A stretch of 36,240 nucleotides of DNA from Alphaproteobacteria bacterium (GCA_028289725.1 JANQOH010000149.1:1-36240), one strand, 5' to 3'. Counted from the first letter of the stretch, positions 18,480-27,140 are shown. The notes: generated from the sequence alone by a model not told the origin. A program made the numbers and translations.

Positions 18480-19069
18480 CTGGGTCGGATCAGGCACCAC
18501 AGAAAGGGGCGCCGGAGTTCTCCCGACGTGTTCCGCTTGAGGATATTTCGGACGCCGAGGTTCTTCTGGACATTGAGGCCGACCCCGTCGAACGCAAAGC
18601 CTTGTCGGCTCGATTCGATCTGCTGGCCATGGAGAACTTTTCGGCGCGCGTCGGCTTGCGGCGAAGCGCCGCGCGTGACGGGTCCGGCAAGATCATCCGC
18701 GTCACGCTCGCCATCAATGCGACCGTTACCCAGAGCTGCGTTGTCACACTTGAGCCGGTGACGGCACGCATCGAAGACTCCGACATTGTCGTCGAATTTC
18801 GGCCCGCCGAAACCCCCGACTTCACACCGGAGGTCGATATCGCGCCTGAAACCGATGATCCACCCGAGATTCTGATGGGTAATGAAATCGACGTGGGCGA
18901 GCTTGCGGCAGAACATTTGGCGCTCGCCCTTGACCCGTATCCGCGGGCAGAGGGCGCCGAAGCGAGCGCCACGGCGGAAATATCGGATGGTGCCGGTTTA
19001 GTCGACGAAGACCGGCCATTCGCGGCGCTCAAGGACTGGCCAAATCGAGCCAATAGAGATAAAGAATAA
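18476..19069 (+). CDS. yceD: YceD/DUF177 family protein (ribosome-associated, precedes rpmF)
   Basis: The ATG overlaps the upstream stop (ATGA). Acidic protein in the canonical position before rpmF-plsX. C-terminal DPRFAALKDW-like motif ([10 protein letters not shown]). Confidence 0.8.
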   Translation: MTGSDQAPQKGAPEFSRRVPLEDISDAEVLLDIEADPVERKALSARFDLLAMENFSARVGLRRSAARDGSGKIIRVTLAINATVTQSCVVTLEPVTARIEDSDIVVEFRPAETPDFTPEVDIAPETDDPPEILMGNEIDVGELAAEHLALALDPYPRAEGAEASATAEISDGAGLVDEDRPFAALKDWPNRANRDKE

Positions 19070-19084
19070 TCCCAAGGTGTGGGG

Positions 19085-19112
19085 CTTGCCGACTAGCCAA
19101 ATGTTGTATAAT
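19085..19112 (+). promoter_or_regulatory. Putative sigma70-type promoter for rpmF-plsX
   Basis: cTTGCCg ... TATAAT (19107-19112) with a 15-16 bp spacer, about 75 nt upstream of the rpmF ATG. Confidence 0.3.
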
Positions 19113-19185
19113 AAGCCGCGTTTCGCGCGGCCGGCCGGGACTGGCTGACACTGAGCGCTGGTCGCAATTGCGAGGGAACGGATAT

Positions 19186-19371
19186 ATGGCGGTTCCAAGA
19201 AAGAAAGTTACGCGATCCAAACGGGATATGCGGCGTTCGCACGATGCGATTCGCCCGACGGTACCGACCGAGTGCCCGAATTGTGGTGAGAACAAATTGC
19301 CCCACCATGTTTGCCCTGCGTGCGGCTACTATCGCGACCGCGAGGTCGTCGCTCCCGTAGACAGCCTCTGA
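19186..19371 (+). CDS. rpmF: 50S ribosomal protein L32
   Basis: [21 protein letters not shown]... with CPNCGE...[10 protein letters not shown] zinc-ribbon cysteines. Confidence 0.95.
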   Translation: MAVPRKKVTRSKRDMRRSHDAIRPTVPTECPNCGENKLPHHVCPACGYYRDREVVAPVDSL

Positions 19372-19408
19372 TCACGGTGGCACCCGTGTCGCCGGGGGCC
19401 GGCGCGAC

Positions 19409-20464
19409 GTGACCGACCCGATTACCATTGCCGTGGATGCCATGGGCGGCGACGATGCGCCGGCTATGGTCGTGCGCGGCGCCAATTTGGCTGCGCGCAG
19501 GCGGCCCGACGCCAAGTTCATCTTCTTTGGCGATCAGGCGACCGTGGAGCCGCATTTGGCGCGCGCCGACGTCTTGAAAGAGCGCACGGAACTCAATCAC
19601 ACCGAGATTGTTGTTTCCGGCGATGAGAAGCCGTCCAATGCGCTCAGGCGTGGCCGCAAGTCGAGCATGGGATTGGCCATCCAGGCGGTTGCGGACGGCG
19701 CGGCCCACGCGGCCGTATCCGCGGGCAACACCGGGGCGCTCATGGCGATGGCCAAGTTTACGCTTCGCACATTGCCTGGCATCCATCGTCCGGCGATCGC
19801 TGCGGTCTTGCCAACGCGCCGCGGCGAAACCGTCCTGTTGGACCTTGGCGCGAACGTCGAATGCAATGCGGACAACCTGGTGGATTTCGCCGCCATGGGC
19901 GCGGTTTTCGCGCAAACCGTGTTGGCGCGCGTCGAGCCCACGGTCGGCATTCTCAACGTCGGCAATGAGGAGATGAAAGGGCATGACGAAGTCCGTGAAG
20001 CGGCGGCGATCTTACGGCGCGCGGACAGTCATTTCGTCTTTCACGGCTTCGTCGAAGGCGACGACATCGCCAAAGGCACGACCGATGTCATCGTTACGGA
20101 CGGTTTTACCGGAAATGTCGCGCTCAAGACCGTGGAGGGCGTCAGTCGGCTTTTCGCGGATTTCCTAAGGCGCGCCTTGGGCGGTTCGATGAGCGGCCGC
20201 TTGGGCTATGCGATCGCCCGTCCGGCATTCAAAAGCCTACGGGAGAAGATCGATCCGCGGCGTCACAACGGTGCCTTGTTTCTCGGACTAAATGGCACGG
20301 TTGTTAAGAGCCACGGTGGAACCGACGCGCTCGGCTTCGCGACGGCCTTGGAGGTCGCAATCGATATGGCCGCTGGCTCGGTAAACGAGAGAATCCTGTC
20401 GGAGCTCGAACAGGTCCACGCGAGCGTCGCGCCTCAAGACCAAGCGGCCGTCGGCGGACGCTAA
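19409..20464 (+). CDS. plsX: Phosphate acyltransferase PlsX
   Basis: ITIAVDAMGGDDAP, SAGNTGALMA and DGFTGNVALKT motifs. GTG start. Confidence 0.93.
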   Translation: MTDPITIAVDAMGGDDAPAMVVRGANLAARRRPDAKFIFFGDQATVEPHLARADVLKERTELNHTEIVVSGDEKPSNALRRGRKSSMGLAIQAVADGAAHAAVSAGNTGALMAMAKFTLRTLPGIHRPAIAAVLPTRRGETVLLDLGANVECNADNLVDFAAMGAVFAQTVLARVEPTVGILNVGNEEMKGHDEVREAAAILRRADSHFVFHGFVEGDDIAKGTTDVIVTDGFTGNVALKTVEGVSRLFADFLRRALGGSMSGRLGYAIARPAFKSLREKIDPRRHNGALFLGLNGTVVKSHGGTDALGFATALEVAIDMAAGSVNERILSELEQVHASVAPQDQAAVGGR

Positions 20465-20699
20465 CGGTCGCCACTTCATTCCCGAACAGAAGAACAGACT
20501 TTCGCGTTCCGGTTCGTCCCACGCCTCGGCGCTGGATGACCGGTTGCAAGGCGAGAGCGTGTCAGGCGCCGCGAATCACCTATTCCAAAATTACGTGCGG
20601 TCACAGGCTGTTAATATCCGGCCCTGATTCGCAAGCTTCACACATGTATCGCGCACTGTTGCAAAAATGACCTGAGTGAAATGATGCATCTCGTTGATA

Positions 20700-20728
20700 T
20701 TGACGGATTTTCTCGCGTAGGGTAGCCT
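20700..20728 (+). promoter_or_regulatory. Putative ihfA promoter
   Basis: TTGACG - 17 bp - TAGCCT, about 30 nt upstream of the GAGGGAGGGG RBS and the ATG at 20758. Confidence 0.3.
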
Positions 20729-20757
20729 CACTGCAGCATGAGGGAGGGGCGGCGGCG

Positions 20758-21078
20758 ATGGCGACAGTAACGCGCGCGCAGCTGAGTGAAGCGGTTTATC
20801 AAGAAGTTGGTCTTTCGCGGGACGAATCCGCGAAATTGGTGGCATCGGTTCTCGACAAAATTTCGGATCGTCTATCGGCAGGAGACTCGGTGAAGATCTC
20901 CTCGTTCGGAAGCTTTGCGGTTCGTGAAAAAGCGCGGCGGATCGGTCGCAACCCGAAAACCGGGGAAGAAGTGCCAATTCTACCGAGGCGTGTGGTCGTC
21001 TTCCGACCTTCTCACGTTCTTAAGTCGGAGATCAACGAAGGACATAGGGACGGCGTCCAAACGTTGGACGTTAGCTGA
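20758..21078 (+). CDS. ihfA: Integration host factor subunit alpha
   Basis: [29 protein letters not shown]...[36 protein letters not shown] is the IHF-alpha/HU fold signature. Confidence 0.95.
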   Translation: MATVTRAQLSEAVYQEVGLSRDESAKLVASVLDKISDRLSAGDSVKISSFGSFAVREKARRIGRNPKTGEEVPILPRRVVVFRPSHVLKSEINEGHRDGVQTLDVS

Positions 21079-21104
21079 ATTCGGCCAACGTCGGACGGGG
21101 CGGC

Positions 21105-21626
21105 GTGGAGCAAATGATCGAAGAGCAAGAATTGGAGCAGGTCGGCAGTAGCCGAGGCCGCGGTGGTCGGGTGCGCAAATCCGCGAACGCGTTTAGGACC
21201 ATCAGCGAAGTGAGCGAGTCGCTGGACGTGCCGCAGCATGTCCTGCGGTTCTGGGAAACCAAGTTTTCGCAAATCAAGCCGATGAAGCGTGGGGGCGGTC
21301 GGCGATATTACCGGCCCGAGGATATCCTGCTGCTTCGTGGCGTTCGCGATCTTCTGTACATCGACGGTTACACGATCAAAGGTGTGCAAAAGCTGTTGCG
21401 TGAAGGCGGCGTAAAGGTGCTGCAGGAGCGCGCGGGCGGCGTCAATGGCGCCGATGACGAACCGCAGGCCGAGGCGAAACCGACAGCTGCGCCGGTAGAG
21501 AAGACCGCGCCAGAACCGCCGAGTGCGCCGGTGAATGAGACGGGCGAAGCGGTATCGCGCGATGTGCTGATTGGTGTTTTGTCTGAGCTCGAAGAGCTGA
21601 AGACACTTCTCGCGCAAGCGAAGTAG
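21105..21626 (+). CDS. MerR family transcriptional regulator (conserved ihfA neighbour)
   Basis: [69 protein letters not shown] is a MerR-type HTH. The C-terminus is low-complexity. Start is GTG 21105 or ATG 21114. Confidence 0.85.
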   Translation: MEQMIEEQELEQVGSSRGRGGRVRKSANAFRTISEVSESLDVPQHVLRFWETKFSQIKPMKRGGGRRYYRPEDILLLRGVRDLLYIDGYTIKGVQKLLREGGVKVLQERAGGVNGADDEPQAEAKPTAAPVEKTAPEPPSAPVNETGEAVSRDVLIGVLSELEELKTLLAQAK

Positions 21627-21732
21627 GCGGGCGCGTCGGCACGCTTTGCTCGGCGCTTGCGTCGCCGAAGCCCGGTTACTATTGTCTGGCCGTTCGCGCA
21701 TTTGCCGGGTTCGGCAATGCGGTCGTGACGAT

Positions 21733-21810
21733 CGGAGCGTGGCGCAGCCTGGTTAGCGCACTTGTCTGGGGGACAAGGGGTCGCCAGTTCGAATCTGGCC
21801 GCTCCGACCA
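21733..21810 (+). tRNA. tRNA-Pro (anticodon GGG), CCA encoded
   Basis: A cloverleaf can be drawn by hand: acceptor cggagcg/cgctccg, D stem gcgc/gcgc, anticodon stem cttgt/acaag with loop CUGGGGG, T arm gccag-ttcgaat-ctggc, discriminator A plus CCA. Confidence 0.92.
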
Positions 21811-22075
21811 TTTTTGTTACTACGAAAAATTGAATGTTTTTGGGGCGTTGCCGGCGGCGATGCCATTAAGCTCGATCGTGCGACGACCTCACAGCGCCAA
21901 TGGGACCCGCGGCCCAGGGGGCTCGCGATGGTCGCGCCCACCGCACAATTTCGGCCCGGATGAATAGTTCGTATAGGCGGACGCGCTTCGCCGATTGGGG
22001 TGTACTGTGCCTTTCCGTTGCGGCCGGTCCGAAAGAGATCGGTGTAACCACAATCGAAGTTGCGAGGATTTTAGG

Positions 22076-22717
22076 ATGACGACTGGATTCACAAAGGCGC
22101 TGACGGTCGTGGTTGCGACCCTTGGCGTATCCGCGATGCTTGCGCTGTCAGCGCAGGCACAGCCTTACCATGTCCGCGGCAAGCTCGCCGAAGTCGACGG
22201 CGCGGCGCTGGCAATCGATACCGATATCGGCGGACGCAAGTCTGTGACTCTCGCCGAAGACGCGGGTGTCTTTATTGTCGATGCCGCAAAACTCGAGGAC
22301 ATCCAGGAAGGTCAGTTCGTCGGCATCACGTCCATTATGTCGCAAGGCAAGCGTATCGCGCTCGAAGTTCACATTTTCTCTGAAGACCTACGTGGCTTGG
22401 CCGAGGGTCACTATCCATGGGATTTGGTCGAAGAAGAGAACATGATGACGAACGCCAATATCGCGAAGCTCGTCGAGGTTGGCGCCGACCGTGAACTCAC
22501 CGTGAACTATACGGAAGGTGAGGAAGGCGCGAAGACAGAGGGCACTCAGACCATCATGGTTCCGCCCGAAGCCGTCATCGTGAATTTCACGGGCACCACG
22601 CGGGACAAATTGCTGCCCGGAGAGTCTGTGTTCCTTCTCGCGGTTGATGGCGAAGATGGTTCGGTCGTTAGCCCGGCAATTGTCGTCGGTCAAAACGGTG
22701 TCGAACCGCCAATGTAA
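22076..22717 (+). CDS. Exported protein of unknown function (apparent tandem beta-barrel, DUF5666-like repeats)
   Basis: Signal peptide MTTGFTKALTVVVATLGVSAMLALSAQA. Two similar halves follow the pattern V..V.G..L.I.....V.L......V......L.DI..G..V. An AGGA-like RBS precedes the ATG at 22076. Confidence 0.6.
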   Translation: MTTGFTKALTVVVATLGVSAMLALSAQAQPYHVRGKLAEVDGAALAIDTDIGGRKSVTLAEDAGVFIVDAAKLEDIQEGQFVGITSIMSQGKRIALEVHIFSEDLRGLAEGHYPWDLVEEENMMTNANIAKLVEVGADRELTVNYTEGEEGAKTEGTQTIMVPPEAVIVNFTGTTRDKLLPGESVFLLAVDGEDGSVVSPAIVVGQNGVEPPM

Positions 22718-22737
22718 ACGATCAGTATTTCGTGTCG

Positions 22738-22767
22738 TACGGACGCCGGACTTTGGCGGCGTCCGTA
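22738..22767. terminator. Perfect 11-bp stem-loop between convergent genes (bidirectional terminator candidate)
   Basis: tacggacgccg-gactttgg-cggcgtccgta. An outer inverted pair gtcgtac (22734-22740) / gtacgac (22779-22785) flanks it. The U-tract is weak. Confidence 0.4.
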
Positions 22768-22792
22768 TGGCGCCTTAAGTACGACAGATCCG

Positions 22793-25700
22793 CTAGGCGG
22801 ATAACGCATCGAGCAGGGCGCGCGCATCGACAAGATCAGCGGTCTGATGCCCTTCCGTGAACCAAGTGTAAACCGGCTCAAGTAGGTCGTAGGCGTCTTT
22901 CGACCTGCCTTGGTCACGCCACAAGCGTGCCATGCTCATTGCGGCGCGCAGCTCCCAACCCTTGGCATTCTGCGCACGCGCGATGGCGATCGCACTGTCG
23001 AACGCGCGTTCCGCCGCAGCGGGGTCGGGACCATCTTGCGCCAGCAGATATTCGCCGCGGAGGCGGTACAATTCGGCTTCATTGAAACGCTCGCCGGTTC
23101 TTTCGAGTTCCGCGATACCGTCCTCGACCTGCTCTTGAGCCTTGAGGATTTTGCCGAGCCCGGCCAATCCTTGGGCTGCGAATGAGCAGAAAGTCGGTCG
23201 ATGCGCGCGCATCCCGGATTCTTGGACGAATTCCGTCCGCGATAGGGCGCTCTCCAAGCCCGCGCGAAAGTCGCCGCGTCCGATCTTGCAGTAACCCAAA
23301 CTGATGTGACCGATGGCGTCGATCATGGGCAAGGACTGTTGCCGAGCGATATCGATCGCTTCTTGGATCAAGCTTTCGGCGGGCTCTTTTTCACGTAAGT
23401 AGATGAACACGCCTGGACTGATCGCGAGCGTAAAACTGAGATTGAACCAGTGACCGACCGACCTCGCATGGTCCACGGCTTCGAGCGCGGCCGCGCGGGC
23501 TTTCTCCGGCCATCCCATCACCCAGAGCAGGCTGGCGCCCCATGCGAGGACCACCGACTTGGGATCGGTATTGATGCGCCAGGCGATCTTGCCGTGTCGT
23601 TCGAAATCGTAATGCGCTTGGCAGTGATTGAGATAGTCGAGCGCTTCGTCGAAGCGTCCTGTCCAGAATGCCACCGCGAGCCCGGAGCGATCCGCCACCA
23701 TGGCAAAATCCGAATCCACATCGTCGCCGGCTTGCGCGGCTAGCCGTTCATGGAACTTGCGCGCCATGTCGAACTCCGTTCGCTCGTTGTGATACGCGAA
23801 CAGAGAGAAGAGGCAGACCAGTAAACGTTCTTTGTCATCGAGCTGCTCGGCAAGCTCAAGAGCCCGCTCGAACTCGGCGCCGACCTCGGGTGAGGCCCAG
23901 CCACGATCGGCCATAAGCGCTGTGCCCAAGGCGACCCGCCCTCGGAGTTCGAACAAGTCTTTGCGATGCGACGGTGCGACCTCCGCGGAGAGCGCGCGCG
24001 CGGTTTCGAGATGGGCGATCGCTTCGGACAAAGCGATCCTCGCAAGCGAATTTTCGCCAGCCGCGATCAAATATTGGATGGCGGAGACCGGGCGTCCGGC
24101 GCGTTCATAGTGATAAGCCAGGAGTTCTGGGTGGGAAGTCCCCGTCTCGGGCGCAAGCTTTCTGAGCGACCGAGCAATGCGCGCGTGATGGCTTTGTCGA
24201 CGGCTTTTGAGCAAGCTTTCATAAGCCGTGTCCTGAACCAGTGCGTGTTTGAACGTGAAATTTCGGTCGCTTTCGGACTCGCCTCGGTGTTCAAAAATGA
24301 GCTCGGCATCAATCAACGCGGCAAGTGATTGATCCAATCCGTCTTCGTCCTGCGGCGATACCGAGGCGAGGATGTCCCGGCTGAATTCGCGTCCGATGCA
24401 CGCGGCGAGTTGCGCTGTTTCTTTCGCCGCCGGCGAGCGGTCGAGCCGGGCCATGAGGCTGTCTTGAAGGGTTTCGGGAATAGGCCCGTGTTGGTCGGGA
24501 TTGTCTTGTGTCGCACTATCCTGACCATCTTGCTCCACTAAGGACGTCGTGACTTCTTCGATGAAGAGGGGGACACCGTCTGTACGGGCCGCAATCTGTG
24601 CTTTGATCGACGCGGGCAAAAGCGTTTCGCCGGCCACGTTTTGCACCATCTCGGCCACTTGCTTACTGCTCAACCGATTGAGCGAAAATTGACTTACATG
24701 GCCGCGGCCGGTCCAAGGCGGGACGAATTCCGGCCGGTACGTGATGACCACGAGGCAGGGGGCCTCGCGCGTTCGCTCAATGAGAATGTCGAGCGCTTCC
24801 AGAGTGGACGGGTCGATCCAGTGGACGTCCTCGATGATCAGCAGCAATGGTCGCTCGCGGGACAGAAGCACGATTTGGTTTGCCAGCGCTTCAATCGTTT
24901 TTTCTTTTTGTCGGGTCGCGGTCATGTCCATCGGCGGATAGCGTTCACCGGCCGGCAGTGACAAAATGGCGGCAAACAATGGCGCAACTTCGCTGACTTC
25001 GGCGCCATTTCGCGCGACGACGGCGTCAAGTTTGTCGAGTTTTTGCTCGATCGTATCCGTCCGCATGAAACCCGCGGCATGCTCCAATTGGCGTACTATT
25101 GGATACAGCGAAGAGTTCACGTGGTACGGCGAGCATTGGTAGCGCAAACAGAAATGTTCCGACTCAGCAACGCGCAACCTAAGCGTTTCCACGAGACGCG
25201 ACTTGCCGATACCGGGTTCCCCGGAGATCAGTACGGTCTGACCTTCGCCTTGCGCGGCCTGTTGCCATCGTTGCCAAAGTAACTCGCTTTCGGCGCGTCG
25301 TCCGACAAGCGGCGTGAGTCTTTCCGCTCGGGTCGCCTCGAATCGCGCTTCGGCGTGGCTCAGTCCAACAACCAGCCAGCCGGCGGGCGCGCCGGGTACG
25401 TCCGGTAGGTCCAAATATTCGAACGCATTCGCGGCAAGGCGTCGCGTCGATGGGGCGATCACGATCTGATTGGGCTCTGCACGAGACTGCAGCTGCGTTG
25501 CAAGGTTCGGTGTTTCACCGACGGCAAGTTTGGCGGCCGCCAGGTCATCGGACCGGTCGTAGCCGACCACGACCGGTCCGGTGGCGACACCCACGCGAAC
25601 CGACAGCGCGGCGGGCGCTTCCAAACTGGATATCGTGCTCGTCAGCTCGAGCGCGGCGTGAAGGGCCCGCTCGGCATCGTCTTCGTGTGCGCGCGGCCAA

Positions 25701-26155
25701 CCGAAATAAACCATGATGCCGTCGCCCAGATATTGGGCGATGTGCCCGTCATATCGGTCCACGATTTCACCACAGGCGCTTTGGTAGCTTTGGATGATCG
25801 TCCGCAGATCTTCCGGGTCCAGCCGCTCAGCGAGGGCGGTCGACCCAGCAAGGTCGCAGAACATGGCGGTGATTTGACGGCGCTCGGCGCTCGATGGCTC
25901 GGCTGGCTCGGTGCGCAATTCGTTGACCGCATTCGACCCGGGCGCAGTGTCTTCGGGCACCGGCGTCGGTGTTTCACCAATCGTCGCGATGGCCTTGCGC
26001 AATCGGACGCGGTGGCCGGTGCTGGCGATGCCAAGAAAGCGAAGGTCGTCATCTGTGAGTTCGGACAGCAGGTCGAATTCGACCTCATTGGCCTCGAACG
26101 CATCCGCGTAGTGCGCGAGCCCAAGAGATTCCAGCCATGCACGAACCTCGGTCAT
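22793..26155 (-). CDS. Multidomain SAM / class III adenylate-guanylate cyclase / STAND-type P-loop ATPase (AAA_16-like) / TPR protein
   Basis: SAM domain at aa 1-60 (WLESLGLAHYADAF...LTDDDLRFLGIASTGHRVRLRKAI). Cyclase homology domain at aa ~93-245 (ITAMFCDLAGST, YLGDGIMVYFGWPRAHEDDAERA, VRVGVATGPVVVG, AVGETPNLATQLQ). Walker A GEPGIGKS at aa 312-319 and Walker B LLLIIEDVHWID. About 450 aa of helical TPR-like repeats follow to the C-terminus. Start ATG at 26155. Confidence 0.85.
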   Translation of the reverse strand: MTEVRAWLESLGLAHYADAFEANEVEFDLLSELTDDDLRFLGIASTGHRVRLRKAIATIGETPTPVPEDTAPGSNAVNELRTEPAEPSSAERRQITAMFCDLAGSTALAERLDPEDLRTIIQSYQSACGEIVDRYDGHIAQYLGDGIMVYFGWPRAHEDDAERALHAALELTSTISSLEAPAALSVRVGVATGPVVVGYDRSDDLAAAKLAVGETPNLATQLQSRAEPNQIVIAPSTRRLAANAFEYLDLPDVPGAPAGWLVVGLSHAEARFEATRAERLTPLVGRRAESELLWQRWQQAAQGEGQTVLISGEPGIGKSRLVETLRLRVAESEHFCLRYQCSPYHVNSSLYPIVRQLEHAAGFMRTDTIEQKLDKLDAVVARNGAEVSEVAPLFAAILSLPAGERYPPMDMTATRQKEKTIEALANQIVLLSRERPLLLIIEDVHWIDPSTLEALDILIERTREAPCLVVITYRPEFVPPWTGRGHVSQFSLNRLSSKQVAEMVQNVAGETLLPASIKAQIAARTDGVPLFIEEVTTSLVEQDGQDSATQDNPDQHGPIPETLQDSLMARLDRSPAAKETAQLAACIGREFSRDILASVSPQDEDGLDQSLAALIDAELIFEHRGESESDRNFTFKHALVQDTAYESLLKSRRQSHHARIARSLRKLAPETGTSHPELLAYHYERAGRPVSAIQYLIAAGENSLARIALSEAIAHLETARALSAEVAPSHRKDLFELRGRVALGTALMADRGWASPEVGAEFERALELAEQLDDKERLLVCLFSLFAYHNERTEFDMARKFHERLAAQAGDDVDSDFAMVADRSGLAVAFWTGRFDEALDYLNHCQAHYDFERHGKIAWRINTDPKSVVLAWGASLLWVMGWPEKARAAALEAVDHARSVGHWFNLSFTLAISPGVFIYLREKEPAESLIQEAIDIARQQSLPMIDAIGHISLGYCKIGRGDFRAGLESALSRTEFVQESGMRAHRPTFCSFAAQGLAGLGKILKAQEQVEDGIAELERTGERFNEAELYRLRGEYLLAQDGPDPAAAERAFDSAIAIARAQNAKGWELRAAMSMARLWRDQGRSKDAYDLLEPVYTWFTEGHQTADLVDARALLDALSA

Positions 26156-26342
26156 TTTACCGATGTTTTTCCCAAGCCAATTTCTCGCGCGGCCACCACG
26201 GTGTCCCCTCCGCGCCGGCGCAGTATACGACCTTTCGCCATCGCGGGCGTGTCGTGAGATCACACGGCCGCCATGCTTGGCCCGCGCACCGCGGAAACGC
26301 TATGGTGCAGCCAGCAACGGCGGAACCAATGCGGAGGGCGTC

Positions 26343-27104
26343 TTGGATCTCAAATTGGCCGGAAAGAAAGCGGTGATTACGGGTGGTAGCCGGGGAATTG
26401 GGCGGGCGATCGCCGAACTTTTCGCCGACGAAGGGTGCGACGTTGGTATTTGTGCGCGGAGCGAAGGCGCCATATTGGCTACGGTCGATGCCCTTAAGGC
26501 AAAGGGCGTGAACGCGTTTGGCGGGCCGGCCGACGTGCAGGACGGCGCGATGCTGACTGAGTGGATGAGCGCTGCCGCCAAGTCGCTTGGCGGTATCGAT
26601 ATATTGATCGCCAATGCGAGTGGCTTCGGACTCACCCTCGACGATGAAGGCTGGCGTCAGGCCTTCGACATCGACATTTTGGGGAGCTTTCACGCGATCG
26701 ACGCGGCGCTGCCATATCTTGAGCAATCGGACGCGGCGTCTATCGTTTCTATTTCTTCCGTCGCCGCGATCGAGTCATTCGGCGGGGTCCGGCCGTACAA
26801 TTCGATAAAGGCTGCGTTGATCACATACATGTCGAACTTGGCGAACGACCTGGCGCCCAAGGGAATCCGCGCAAACACCGTGTCGCCGGGAACGATTTAT
26901 TTTGAAGGCGGCGTCTGGCACCAGCGCGAATTGGAGCAGCCGGACATCTATAAGGCCGCCTTGGCCAAAAATCCCCTGGGACGCATGGGCACCGCGGAGG
27001 AAGTCGCGCAAGCCACGGTCTTCTTGGCAAGCCCGGCCGCTGGCTTCATTTCAGGGACAAATCTGATTGTCGACGGCGCCTTAACCCAACGAGTGCAATT
27101 CTAA
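26343..27104 (+). CDS. Short-chain dehydrogenase/reductase (classical SDR)
   Basis: TGGSRGIGRAIA Rossmann motif, IANAS, and catalytic S...YNSIK. I chose TTG 26343 (MDLKLAGKKAVITGG), which has a GGAGGG RBS 4 nt upstream. The track ORF start at 26163 is an extension overlapping the divergent gene. Confidence 0.8.
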   Translation: MDLKLAGKKAVITGGSRGIGRAIAELFADEGCDVGICARSEGAILATVDALKAKGVNAFGGPADVQDGAMLTEWMSAAAKSLGGIDILIANASGFGLTLDDEGWRQAFDIDILGSFHAIDAALPYLEQSDAASIVSISSVAAIESFGGVRPYNSIKAALITYMSNLANDLAPKGIRANTVSPGTIYFEGGVWHQRELEQPDIYKAALAKNPLGRMGTAEEVAQATVFLASPAAGFISGTNLIVDGALTQRVQF

Positions 27105-27140
27105 CCAGTACCCATTGCCGCAGATGAGGAGCGGCCGGCC

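Noticed and set aside
19208-19984. 258-aa minus-strand ORF overlapping rpmF and plsX
   Set aside because: It is a shadow frame across two conserved genes.
20591-20977. 128-aa minus-strand ORF spanning the plsX-ihfA spacer and the ihfA 5' end
   Set aside because: It overlaps ihfA antisense, and it has no RBS or recognisable domain.
21012-21811. Minus-strand ORFs (229 and 147 aa) over the MerR gene and the tRNA
   Set aside because: They are antisense to a clear MerR HTH gene and run through tRNA-Pro, so they are not credible.
21725-21967. 80-aa plus-strand ORF beginning within tRNA-Pro
   Set aside because: It overlaps the tRNA, and it has no RBS or motifs.
21811-26300. Possible integrated mobile element or prophage remnant at tRNA-Pro
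   Set aside because: There is no integrase, transposase or phage gene. I saw no second copy of the tRNA 3' end by eye, and no obvious compositional shift. I kept it only as a synteny-boundary note.
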